A stretch of DNA of 13,131 nucleotides from Candidatus Eiseniibacteriota bacterium (lineage in GTDB: Bacteria; Eisenbacteria; RBG-16-71-46; DASYSL01). The notes under the pieces were generated by a model. The model was given only the letters and a program-made list of their open reading frames with translations. It was not told where the DNA came from and searched no databases. The stretch lies in contig JBKJJJ010000072.1 in assembly GCA_046598045.1 (NCBI GenBank), positions 1-13,131 of the forward strand, written 5' to 3'. Shown one piece after another: positions 1 to 9,178 of this stretch; within the stretch, counting starts at the first letter, position 1, and the number at the start of each line of letters is the position of its first letter. Position numbers and translations under genes: made by a program.

Positions 1-120
1 GTCATCCTCGACGGGGGGCGCGCCCCGGAAGCCCTGCCCTCGACCGTGGTGGACGTGTCCTCAGGCCGCGCGGAACTCGTCCGGGCCGGGGCTGCCGACG
101 TCTCCGCCTTCATCGGCTGA
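1..120 (+). CDS. tsaC: L-threonylcarbamoyladenylate synthase (TsaC/YrdC/Sua5 family), 3' end only
   Basis: Frame 1 from base 1 reads VILDGGRAPEALPSTVVDVSSGRAELVRAGAADVSAFIG*, with TGA at 118-120. This matches the YrdC-domain C-terminal pattern (ILDGG...PSTVVD...LVRxGA). It lies upstream of a YwlE-like phosphatase, as ywlC does in Bacillus. Not in the ORF track. Confidence 0.85.
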   Translation, partial: VILDGGRAPEALPSTVVDVSSGRAELVRAGAADVSAFIG

Positions 121-171
121 GGCTTGGCGGGCGCGCCCGGCGCATGCTCCAAGTGCCCCCGAGGCGCTGCC

Positions 172-201
172 TTGACACCCCCCGGGGGGGCCGCCTATCT
201 T
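172..201 (+). promoter_or_regulatory. Putative sigma70-type promoter
   Basis: Perfect -35 TTGACA (172-177), 18-bp spacer, -10 TATCTT (196-201). The ATG at 208 lies 7 nt downstream of the last -10 base. Confidence 0.65.
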
Positions 202-207
202 TGATCC

Positions 208-720
208 ATGTCGGGCCCGGGTCCTCACTTCCGCGTGCTGTTCGTGTGCACCGGAAACACTTGCCGGAGCCCCCTCGCCGAGGTCGCGCTGCGGCGCGCC
301 CTGGGCGAGTCCGCCGGCCGGGTCGAGGTGCGCTCCGCCGGCGTCGCCGCGGGGGACGGCGCCCCCGCGTCGAACCTCTCGCGCGCAGTCGCCCGCCAGC
401 ACGGTCTCGACCTCGAAGGCCACCAGAGCCGGCGACTCGATGCGACGGCGCTCGCCGGCGTCGACCTCGTCCTCCTGATGGACCCGGCCGACCGTGCCCG
501 CGTCCAGGCGCTGACCGGTGACAGCGGGACCGAGATCTTCGCGCTGGCCGACTTTGGCCGCTCGAAGCCCGCGGGCGAGGCGATCCCCGATCCGTTCGGG
601 GGCTCGCCCGAGGCGTACGAAGAGACCCTGCAGCGCATCGAGGGACACCTCGAGCGCGTCGTGCCGTACATCGAGGCCGGGTTGCGCGAACGCGCGGCCG
701 GCGCCCGCAAGCCCTCGTAG
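208..720 (+). CDS. ywlE: Low-molecular-weight protein phosphatase, probably protein-arginine phosphatase (YwlE-like), 170 aa
   Basis: P-loop [20 protein letters not shown] motif, HQSR, and general-acid loop IPDPFGG. The LMW-PTP family call is secure. Arg specificity is inferred from Thr in CTGNTCR and from the tsaC...glyA context. Confidence 0.8.
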   Translation: MSGPGPHFRVLFVCTGNTCRSPLAEVALRRALGESAGRVEVRSAGVAAGDGAPASNLSRAVARQHGLDLEGHQSRRLDATALAGVDLVLLMDPADRARVQALTGDSGTEIFALADFGRSKPAGEAIPDPFGGSPEAYEETLQRIEGHLERVVPYIEAGLRERAAGARKPS

Positions 721-749
721 ACCCGAACCCTTTCGAAGGGAGCCCTGGC

Positions 750-1700
750 ATGGGCCTGCAGCAATCCGAATTCATCTGGATGAACGGGCAGTGGGTCGCC
801 TGGGAGGACGCGAAGATCCACGTGCTGTCGCACGTGCTGCACTACGGCTCGTCGGTATTCGAGGGCATTCGCTGCTACGAGCGTCCCGACGGCCCGGGCA
901 TCTTCCGGCTCGAGGAGCACGTGCGCCGGCTCGTCGACTCGGCGAAGATCTATCGCATGGAGTGCCGCTTCTCCGCCGAGCAGATCTCGCGCGTGTGCGT
1001 CGAGGTGATCGGCCGCAACAATCTCAAGGCCGCGTACATCCGCCCGATCATCTATCGCGGCTACGAGAACCTCGGGGTCAACCCGATCGGCAACCCGGTC
1101 GACATCGCGGTCGCCGCCTACCCGTGGGGCATGTACCTCGGGCCCGAATCCCAGGAGAAGGGCGTCGCGGTTTGCATCAGCTCGTGGCGCCGCGCCGCAC
1201 CGGACACGTTCCCGTCGATGGCGAAGGCGGGCGGGCACTACATGAATTCGCAGCTCATGAAGACCGAGGCGATCACCAACGGCTACGCCGAGGCGATCGC
1301 GCTCGATGCGCACGGCTGGCTGAGCGAGGGCTCGGGCGAGAACCTGTTCGTGGCCTGGAAGGGCGAGCTCTACACCTCGCCGCTCGCGGCCTCGATCCTG
1401 GGCGGCATCACGCGCGACACCGTGATCATGCTCGCGCGCGAGCTCGGCTACAACGTGCGCGAGGAGTTCATGCCGCGCGAGTTGCTCTACTGCGCCGACG
1501 AGGCGTTCTTCTCGGGCACGGCGGTCGAGATCACGCCGATCACGTCGGTCGACCGCGTCGCGGTCGGGGACGGGCAGCGCGGCCCGATCACGCACGCGAT
1601 CCAGAAGGCATTCTTCGACGTGGTGCACGGCAAGACGCCGGACACGCGCGGTTGGTTCACGCCGGTGCGCGCCGCGGCCTCGCAGCCGGCCAAGGCGTGA
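750..1700 (+). CDS. ilvE: Branched-chain amino acid aminotransferase (PLP fold IV), 316 aa
   Basis: Motifs [33 protein letters not shown] (PLP lysine), EGSGEN, GITR and [15 protein letters not shown] at 738-742. Confidence 0.95.
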   Translation: MGLQQSEFIWMNGQWVAWEDAKIHVLSHVLHYGSSVFEGIRCYERPDGPGIFRLEEHVRRLVDSAKIYRMECRFSAEQISRVCVEVIGRNNLKAAYIRPIIYRGYENLGVNPIGNPVDIAVAAYPWGMYLGPESQEKGVAVCISSWRRAAPDTFPSMAKAGGHYMNSQLMKTEAITNGYAEAIALDAHGWLSEGSGENLFVAWKGELYTSPLAASILGGITRDTVIMLARELGYNVREEFMPRELLYCADEAFFSGTAVEITPITSVDRVAVGDGQRGPITHAIQKAFFDVVHGKTPDTRGWFTPVRAAASQPAKA

Positions 1701-2989
1701 TGGGGGGAGCCGCCGGGCCGGGTCCGTTGGCCGCCGTGATGGCGCAGGACCCGAAGGTCTTCGAGGCGATCGTCGCCGAGGAGCGCCGCCAGCGCGGCAC
1801 GCTCGAGTTGATTGCGTCCGAGAATTTCCCCTCGCCGGCGGTGCTCGCGGCGATGGGCACCGTCCTCAACAACAAGTACGCCGAGGGTTACCCCGGCAAG
1901 CGCTACTACGGCGGCTGCGAGTTCGTCGACGTGGTCGAGACGCTCGCGCGCGAACGGGCGCAATCGCTGTTCGCGGCCGAGCACGTCAACGTCCAGCCGC
2001 ACTCGGGCGCGCAGGCGAACATGGCGGCCTACTTCGCGGTCAGCGAGCCGGGTGCCACGCTGCTCGGCATGAACCTCGCGCACGGCGGCCACCTCACGCA
2101 CGGCCACCGGGTGTCGTTCTCGGGGCGCTTCTTCAAGGTGGTGCAGTACGGCGTCAAGGAATCCGACCAGACCATCGACTACGACGCGATGGACCGCCTC
2201 GCCGACGAGCATCGCCCGCAGCTGCTCGTTGCCGGAGCCTCCGCCTACCCACGCGTGATCGACTTCGCGCGCTTCGGCGCCGCCGCGAAGCGCGTCGGTG
2301 CGACGCTGGTGGTCGACATGGCGCACATCGCCGGCCTCGTCGCGGCGGGGCTCCATCCCTCGCCCGTGCCGCATGCCGACATCGTGACCACGACCACGCA
2401 CAAGACGCTGCGCGGCCCTCGCGGCGGCATGATCCTCGCGCGCACCGCGCTCGGCCCTTCGATCGACAAGAGCGTGTTTCCGGGCATGCAGGGCGGGCCG
2501 CTCATGCACGTGATCGCGGCCAAGGCCGTGTGCTTCGCCGAGGCGTTGACCCCGGGCTTCACCCGCTACCAGCAGCAGGTGGTCGCGAACGCGAAGGCGC
2601 TCGCCGCCGGGCTGATGGCGCGCGGCTTCACGCTGGTCTCGGGCGGGACCGACAACCACCTGATGCTGGTCGACCTCCGCTCCAAGGGCCTGACCGGCAA
2701 GGTCGCCGAGGCCGCGCTCGAGAAGGCGCACATCACGGTCAACAAGAACGCGATCCCGTTCGACCCCGAGAAGCCCTTCGTCACCAGCGGCATCCGCCTC
2801 GGCTCGCCGGCGGTGACCACGCGCGGCATGAAGGAGGCGGACATGGACGTGATCGCCGGCTTGATCGCGCGCGCGCTCGAGGCGCCCGCCGACGACACGC
2901 ACCTGGCAGTGGTCGCGACCGAGGTCGAGCGCTTCACCTCCGATTTCCCGCTCCACCAGGGCGTCGAGGACATTCTCGCCCGTTCCTGA
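1700..2989 (+). CDS. glyA: Serine hydroxymethyltransferase
   Basis: Motifs [48 protein letters not shown] (PLP lysine) and TSGIRLG. This is the C-terminal part of track ORF 518..2989. The start is uncertain: GTG 1697 or ATG 1700 (both overlap the ilvE stop), or ATG 1739. Confidence 0.96.
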   Translation: MGGAAGPGPLAAVMAQDPKVFEAIVAEERRQRGTLELIASENFPSPAVLAAMGTVLNNKYAEGYPGKRYYGGCEFVDVVETLARERAQSLFAAEHVNVQPHSGAQANMAAYFAVSEPGATLLGMNLAHGGHLTHGHRVSFSGRFFKVVQYGVKESDQTIDYDAMDRLADEHRPQLLVAGASAYPRVIDFARFGAAAKRVGATLVVDMAHIAGLVAAGLHPSPVPHADIVTTTTHKTLRGPRGGMILARTALGPSIDKSVFPGMQGGPLMHVIAAKAVCFAEALTPGFTRYQQQVVANAKALAAGLMARGFTLVSGGTDNHLMLVDLRSKGLTGKVAEAALEKAHITVNKNAIPFDPEKPFVTSGIRLGSPAVTTRGMKEADMDVIAGLIARALEAPADDTHLAVVATEVERFTSDFPLHQGVEDILARS

Positions 2990-2997
2990 GAGGGTTG

Positions 2998-3558
2998 ATG
3001 CTCGAGACTCCCGCCCTCGCGTTCATGGTCTCCTGGTTCCTCGTGATGGTCGCGCTCTTCGGGCTGGCCCGACTGTTCGTGTCGCGTCGCGGGTTGGCCG
3101 AGGAGTGGGCCGCGCTGGTCGCATTCGGCGGCCGCGTGCCGTCCGCGATGAGCGACGCCCCGATCCCCGAACATCTCCTCGAGAGTGCCCCGCCCGGCCT
3201 GTGGCCCGGCGAGCCCGCCGCCCGGGGGCGTCTGCGGCCGACCCTGGGCGGCCTCTACCAGCGCATGCGCGAGCACCAGGCGATGCTGCAAACCGAGATG
3301 AAGTGGTACGCGCGCCGTAGTACCAGCCCGCTGGCCTGGTTCCGCGCGGGCCTGCGCGGGCTCGTCCTGCTTTCCCGCGGCCTCGCGTTCGACGTCGACT
3401 TGACGGTGCGAGCCCGGCGCCGCGCGCTCGAACAGCATCCGGACTTCCAGCGCATCGTGGACGCTTTGCAGGGAGTCGTGCTGTTCGTGCTGCTCGGGGT
3501 GCTCTTCCTCGTGGTGCGCGACGAGGGGCCCGTCCTTGCCCGCTACGTGAAGGGCTAG
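2998..3558 (+). CDS. Hypothetical membrane protein, 186 aa
   Basis: ATG 2998 follows GAGAGG and lies 8 nt after the glyA stop. It has hydrophobic segments at the N-terminus (LAFMVSWFLVMVALFGLA) and C-terminus (VVLFVLLGVLFLVV), and GC3-rich codons. It is the 3' part of track ORF 2530..3558. No family recognised. Confidence 0.75.
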   Translation: MLETPALAFMVSWFLVMVALFGLARLFVSRRGLAEEWAALVAFGGRVPSAMSDAPIPEHLLESAPPGLWPGEPAARGRLRPTLGGLYQRMREHQAMLQTEMKWYARRSTSPLAWFRAGLRGLVLLSRGLAFDVDLTVRARRRALEQHPDFQRIVDALQGVVLFVLLGVLFLVVRDEGPVLARYVKG

Positions 3559-3594
3559 GCACCCGGCTTGCCCGCGGCCGGCGCTTTCTGTTCT
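3559..3594 (+). terminator. Possible intrinsic terminator
   Basis: CCGGCT (3563-3568) can pair with GGCCGG (3576-3581), followed by the T-rich TTTCTGTTCT (3585-3594) just after the stop at 3558. The stem is short and the U-tract is interrupted. Confidence 0.3.
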
Positions 3595-3647
3595 ACTGGG
3601 TTGTTCCCCGCGCCGCGCGCGGCGGTTTCGTGTCCAGGGAGGTCTCG

Positions 3648-4634
<987 letters not shown>

Positions 4635-4642
4635 CCGGGCTC

Positions 4643-5521
4643 ATGGAAACCCGCGACATCCTGCGCCGGGTTCGGCGCATCGAAATCCGCACGAGGCGCC
4701 TGGTCGAGGAGATCTTCGCCGGCCAGTCCGAGTCGGTGTTCAAGGGCCGCGGCATGGAGTTCGCCGAGGTCCGGCCGTACCTCCCCGGCGACGAGGTGCG
4801 CGACATCGACTGGAACGTGACCGCGCGCATGGGCGCGCCGTTCGTCAAGCGCTTCACCGAGGAGCGCGAGCTCACGGTGATGCTTGCGGTCGACGTCTCG
4901 GGTTCGCTCGAGTTCGGCTCGGGCAAGGTCTCCAAGCGCGAGCTCGCGGCCGAGATCGCGGCGCTGCTCGCGTTCTCCGCGCTCAAGAACGCCGACAAGG
5001 TCGGGCTCGTGCTGTTCTCCGACCGGCTCGAGCTGTTCGTGCCGCCGCGCAAGGGCCGCACGCAGGTGCTGCGCATCGTACGCGAGCTGCTGACCCACGG
5101 CATCGAGGGCCGCGGCACGGTGTGGGCGTCGGGGCTCGAGTTCATGAACCGCGTGCTGCACCGGAAGGCGGTGGTGTTCCTCGTATCCGACTTCCTGACG
5201 CCGATCGACCCGAAGATCTTCCGGATCACCAGCCGGCGCCACGACCTCGTCGCGCTCTGGATCGAGGACCCGCGCGAGGCCGTGCTGCCCGCTGTCGGGC
5301 GCGTCGTGGTCGAGGACCTCGAGAACGGCCGCCGGCGCTGGCTCGACACCTCCAATCCCAGGATCCGCGAGAGCTACCGCGCCGCGCGCGCCGACAGCCG
5401 CACGCGCGCCCAGCGCGCGCTCGCCGCCGCGCGCACCGACGCCGTCCCGCTCTCGACCGCGATGTCGTACCTGCCCCCGCTGTTGCGCTTCTTCAACGAG
5501 CGCCGGCGGAGGCGCCGATGA
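4643..5521 (+). CDS. DUF58 domain protein (vWA-like MoxR partner), 292 aa
   Basis: Motifs FKGRGMEFAEVRPYLPGDEVRDIDWNVTAR, VKRFTEERE, MIDAS-like DVSGS, DKVGL and VSDF. It directly follows moxR. Confidence 0.93.
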   Translation: METRDILRRVRRIEIRTRRLVEEIFAGQSESVFKGRGMEFAEVRPYLPGDEVRDIDWNVTARMGAPFVKRFTEERELTVMLAVDVSGSLEFGSGKVSKRELAAEIAALLAFSALKNADKVGLVLFSDRLELFVPPRKGRTQVLRIVRELLTHGIEGRGTVWASGLEFMNRVLHRKAVVFLVSDFLTPIDPKIFRITSRRHDLVALWIEDPREAVLPAVGRVVVEDLENGRRRWLDTSNPRIRESYRAARADSRTRAQRALAAARTDAVPLSTAMSYLPPLLRFFNERRRRRR

Positions 5522-6444
5522 GGCTCGTGCTGGCGCTCGTCATCATGGCCGCCTTCGCGGCGAATGCGGAGGCGCGCGTGCCGGTCCGGGTCTCGAGCGA
5601 GGTCCGCCCCGACACCGTGCTCATCGGGCAGACGGTCACGCTGCGCTGGCGCGCGTTCCTGCCGGACCAGTCGCAGCTCAACTTCCCGGCGCGGCCCGCG
5701 GACGATTCGACCGCGCACTGGGCCGGGTGGGACGTCACCACGCTGCCTGCGAGCAAGGGCGGCCTGCGCGAGCACCGCCTGACCGCGCAGTTGCAATCGT
5801 TCGCGCTCGGGCCGGTCGCCGTGCCCGGGCCGATGATCCGCTTTCGCATTCCCGGCGAGGAGGTGCGCGAGGGGCGCTTCCCGACCGCCGGCTTCGTGGT
5901 CGGGCGCACCGTGCCGGGCGACGGGCCCGAGCCGCCGCTGCGCGACATGAAGGGGCTCGTGCCGCCGCCGTGGTGGGCGCTCGTGCCGTGGCGGTGGATC
6001 GCCGCCGGGTTGCTCGTGCTCGCGCTCGTGCTGTGGCTCATCCGGCGCTGGCAGGCCGCGCGCCGTCGCGGGCGTCCGCTCGTCGTGGCCGCGACTGTGC
6101 TCGAGGCCCCCGAGGTCGAGGCTCGCCGTCGGCTGGAGGCGCTAGTCGCGCGCGGCCTGCCCGAGGCGGGGCGGACGCTCGAGCACGGCACCGAGCTGGC
6201 GGACCTGTTGCGCCGCTTCGTCGAGCGCCGCTTCGAATCGCCGCGCCCGGGCTACACCACGAACGAGCTGGCGCGCCACCTCGGGACGCGCGCCGGCGTG
6301 TCGCCCGACGACGTGGCGCGACTCAAGGGCATCCTCGACGCCTGCGACCTGACGAAGTTCGCGCGCCAGCCCTACGACCAGGCGCGCGCGCACGAGGCCG
6401 AGGCGGTGGCGGCCCGGCTGGTCGACACGTGGGCGGCGCCATGA
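5518..6444 (+). CDS. Bat-operon hypothetical membrane protein (signal peptide, extracytoplasmic domain, one TM, helical C-terminal domain), 308 aa
   Basis: ATGA overlap with the DUF58 stop. Signal peptide MRLVLALVIMAAFAANAEA; LRDMKG followed by TM WIAAGLLVLALVLWLI; C-terminal LRRFVERRF..TTNEL..DLTKFA pattern resembles the gene found between DUF58 and batA in Bat operons. It is the 3' part of track ORF 5122..6444. Confidence 0.8.
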   Translation: MRLVLALVIMAAFAANAEARVPVRVSSEVRPDTVLIGQTVTLRWRAFLPDQSQLNFPARPADDSTAHWAGWDVTTLPASKGGLREHRLTAQLQSFALGPVAVPGPMIRFRIPGEEVREGRFPTAGFVVGRTVPGDGPEPPLRDMKGLVPPPWWALVPWRWIAAGLLVLALVLWLIRRWQAARRRGRPLVVAATVLEAPEVEARRRLEALVARGLPEAGRTLEHGTELADLLRRFVERRFESPRPGYTTNELARHLGTRAGVSPDDVARLKGILDACDLTKFARQPYDQARAHEAEAVAARLVDTWAAP

Positions 6445-7421
6445 GGTGGTTCCTCCCGGGGTTCCTGCTGCTCCTGCCCGCGCTGGTCCTGCTCTACGTC
6501 GTGCGGCGCAAGAGCGGGGCGAATACGCCGGCGACGCTCGGCTTCTCGACCGTGGGCTGGCTGCCGGCGCGTGCGCGGGATCGCACGCGACTGCTCTTGA
6601 ATGCGCTCTACGCGCTGGCGATCGTGCTCGTGACCGTCGCGCTCGCGCGGCCGCAGAAGGGCCTGCGCGAGAGCGAGCTCTCGGGCCGTGGCGTCGACAT
6701 CGTGCTCGCGCTCGACGTCTCGACATCGATGCGCGCCGAGGATTTCCAGCCCGACAACCGGCTGTACGTCGCGAAGCAGGTGGCGCAGGTGTTCGTCGGG
6801 CAGCGCCCGCACGACCGCCTCGCGCTCGTGATCTTCGCTGGCACGGCGGCGGCGCAGTGCCCGCTCACGCTCAACCACGCGCTGCTCGCGGACCTGCTTC
6901 AGCGCGTCGACTTCGGCATGGTCGAGGACGGCACTGCGATCGGGCAGGGTCTCGCGACCGCGCTCAACCGCCTGCGCCAGAGCCGCGCCAAGAGCAAGGT
7001 CGTGATCCTGCTGACCGACGGCGACAATAACCGCGGCGCGATCGACCCGGCCACGGCCGCCGACCTCGCGCACGCACTCGGCGTGCGCGTGTACACCATC
7101 GGCGTGGGCACGAGCGGCATCGCGCCCATCCCGGTCGATGACCCGGCGTTCGGGCGTCGCTACGTGATGCAGCCCGTGGTGATCGACGAGACCACGCTGC
7201 GTTCAATCGCCTCGCGCACGGGCGGGAAGTACTTCCGTGCGAAGGACAGCCAGGCGCTGGCCGCGATCTACCGCCAGATCGACACCATGGAGAAGTCCGA
7301 CCTGACGAGCGCCGCGTATTCCGACTGGCGCGACCGCGGGCCGGATCTCGTCGGCCTCGCCGCGCTCCTGCTTGCGGTCGGGTTCGCGCTGTCGCTCACC
7401 GTGTGGGCGAGGGTCCCATGA
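6441..7421 (+). CDS. batA: vWA domain membrane protein, BatA-like, 326 aa
   Basis: ATGA overlap. N-terminal TMs ending in ALARPQ; intact MIDAS (LDVSTSM, GTAIG, LLTDG); PLTLNH, VRVYTIGVG, IDETTLRSIASRTGGKYFRA; C-terminal TM. Confidence 0.9.
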   Translation: MRWFLPGFLLLLPALVLLYVVRRKSGANTPATLGFSTVGWLPARARDRTRLLLNALYALAIVLVTVALARPQKGLRESELSGRGVDIVLALDVSTSMRAEDFQPDNRLYVAKQVAQVFVGQRPHDRLALVIFAGTAAAQCPLTLNHALLADLLQRVDFGMVEDGTAIGQGLATALNRLRQSRAKSKVVILLTDGDNNRGAIDPATAADLAHALGVRVYTIGVGTSGIAPIPVDDPAFGRRYVMQPVVIDETTLRSIASRTGGKYFRAKDSQALAAIYRQIDTMEKSDLTSAAYSDWRDRGPDLVGLAALLLAVGFALSLTVWARVP

Positions 7422-9178
7422 TCCGCTGGACGCATCCCGAGTGGCTGCTCGTCGGGTTGGGCCTCGTGCTCCTGACAGGGGTCATGCTCTGGCGCTACGA
7501 ACGGCGTCGGCGCCGGGTGCTCGCGGCGTTCGCCGGCGAGCTGGCCGGGGATCTCGCGCATGCCGAGCCGGCGGTGCAGCGCCACGTGCGCTGGGGCCTG
7601 CGCCTGTTCGCGCTCGCGCTGCTCGTGGTCGCCGCGTCCGGGCCGCGCTGGGGCGAGGAGGTCGTGCGCGTGACCTCGCAAGGGTCGGACGTCGTGCTGG
7701 CGTTCGACGTCTCCGCGAGCATGGACGCGCGCGACGTGCCGCCGACGCGGCTCGAGGAGGCCAAGCGGGAGGCGTTGACCTTGCTCGACGGGCTCGAGGG
7801 GGACCGCGTCGCCGTGGTCGCGTTCGCCGGCGACGCGATCGCGCTCTCGCCGCTGACGCTCGACCTCTCGGCGGTGCGGCTGCTGGTCGAGACGCTCTCG
7901 ACCGACGTTGTTTCCACCCCGGGCTCGGACGTCGGCCGCGGGCTGAAGACCGCCTTGCGGGTGCTGCCCGAGGGGGACTCCGGCGAGCAGGCGCTGGTGC
8001 TTTTCACCGACGGCGAGGATCTCGAGGGCGGCCTGACGAGCGCCGGCGCGGTCGTCCAGCAGCGCGGCGTGGAGGTATTCGCGGTCGGGGTCGGCACACC
8101 GGCGGGCGAGACCATCCCGGTGCTCGACAGCAAGGACCACCAGGTCGGCGTCAAGACCGATGCGAACGGCCAGCCCGTCGTCAGCCGGCTCGACGCGCCC
8201 GCGCTCGAGGGTCTCGCGCGCCGCACCCACGGGCGCTATTTCGCGGCGAACCACCCGGGTGGCGAGGTCGGCGCGCTCAAGGCGGCGCTCGGCGGCGTCG
8301 GCAAGGGCTCGCGCGAGGGTCGGCTCGGCTCGCGCCCGATCGAACGCTTCCACTGGTTCGCGCTGCTCGCGTGGCTCGCGCTGGTCGCCTCGTGGATGCT
8401 GCCCGAGCGCCGACTGGTGACGCTGCGCCGCTCCGGCGCCGGCACGCGCGCGGCGGCAATCGTGCTCGCGCTGGCGCTCGGCGCGTGCAACGCGGGCAGC
8501 GCGTACGCGGCGAACGCCCTGGTGGAGGGCAACCGGCTCTATGCGAAGCGCGATTTTCGGGGCGCGGCGCGCACCTATCTGGCGGCGCTCAAGCAGCATC
8601 CGGACGACCCCGCGCTGCTCACGAACCTCGGTGCCGCGCTCTACAAGTCCGGCGACTTCAAGGGCGCTCAGGACGCATTTGCACGCGTGCGGGCGAAGGA
8701 CAAAGCGGGGCAGGGGCTCGCGGCGTACGGCCGCGGCGACGCCCTGTTCCGCCAGGAGCAATACGCCGAGGCGCTCGCGGCGTTCCGCGAGGCGCTCGAG
8801 GAGCGGCCCGGCGATGCCGACGCGCGCCACAACTACGAGCTCACGCTGCGCAAGCTCGCGGGTGGGGACCAGCCCAAGCAACCGAACCAGCCGCCACCGC
8901 CCCCGCCTCCGCCGCCCCAACCCGGCGCGGGCGGCGGAGGCGGGGGTGGGGGTGGCGGAGGCGGTGGAGGGAACCCGCCACCGAACCCGCCTTCGGGGAA
9001 TTCATCGCCCCAGGGGGGGCAGGTTCCGCCTTCGAGCGGCGGCTCGGGCGCAAGCGGCCAGCTCTCGCGCGCCGAGGCCGAGCGCCTGCTCGATGCGCTC
9101 GGCTCCGGTGAGCGCCAGGCGCGCGCCGCGCAGCGGCGGCCGCAGTCGGGCGAGCCCCGGCGGGAGAAGGACTGGTGA
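7418..9178 (+). CDS. batB: vWA domain plus TPR protein (BatB-BatC fusion), 586 aa
   Basis: ATGA overlap. ASGPRWG, FDVSASMDARDVPPTRLE, PLTLD, FTDGE, then two hydrophobic segments. These are followed by TPR repeats (GNRLYAKRDFRGA, NLGAALYKSGDF, DARHNYEL), a low-complexity linker, LSRAEAERLLDAL and the BatC-type ending EKDW. Confidence 0.87.
   Translation: MIRWTHPEWLLVGLGLVLLTGVMLWRYERRRRRVLAAFAGELAGDLAHAEPAVQRHVRWGLRLFALALLVVAASGPRWGEEVVRVTSQGSDVVLAFDVSASMDARDVPPTRLEEAKREALTLLDGLEGDRVAVVAFAGDAIALSPLTLDLSAVRLLVETLSTDVVSTPGSDVGRGLKTALRVLPEGDSGEQALVLFTDGEDLEGGLTSAGAVVQQRGVEVFAVGVGTPAGETIPVLDSKDHQVGVKTDANGQPVVSRLDAPALEGLARRTHGRYFAANHPGGEVGALKAALGGVGKGSREGRLGSRPIERFHWFALLAWLALVASWMLPERRLVTLRRSGAGTRAAAIVLALALGACNAGSAYAANALVEGNRLYAKRDFRGAARTYLAALKQHPDDPALLTNLGAALYKSGDFKGAQDAFARVRAKDKAGQGLAAYGRGDALFRQEQYAEALAAFREALEERPGDADARHNYELTLRKLAGGDQPKQPNQPPPPPPPPPQPGAGGGGGGGGGGGGGGNPPPNPPSGNSSPQGGQVPPSSGGSGASGQLSRAEAERLLDALGSGERQARAAQRRPQSGEPRREKDW
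8891..8971. repeat. Low-complexity poly-Pro(9)/poly-Gly(14) coding tract forming an inverted repeat
   Basis: CCCCCGCCTCCGCCGCCC (8900-8917) is the exact reverse complement of GGGCGGCGGAGGCGGGGG (8929-8946), with an 11-nt loop. Confidence 0.85.

Noticed and set aside
128..139. Palindrome CGGGCGCGCCCG after the tsaC stop
   Set aside because: It is an all-GC 12-mer with no U-tract and is expected by chance at this GC content.
518..1696. Apparent 823-aa GlyA with a long N-terminal extension (track ORF 518..2989)
   Set aside because: The extension is an Arg/Gly/Ala-rich off-frame reading of the phosphatase gene and ilvE. SHMT similarity starts only at about 1700-1740.
3568..3597. Possible moxR promoter TTGCCC-N18-TCTACT with a TG extension
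   Set aside because: The -10 lacks the critical A at its second position and the -35 is weak, so it cannot be supported.
5122..6440. Long N-terminal extensions of track ORFs 5122..6444 and 5727..7421 (likewise 2530..3558)
   Set aside because: They overlap upstream genes out of frame. Starts at 5518, 6441 and 2998 give proper signal/TM N-termini, with stop/start overlaps at 5518 and 6441 and an SD at 2998.
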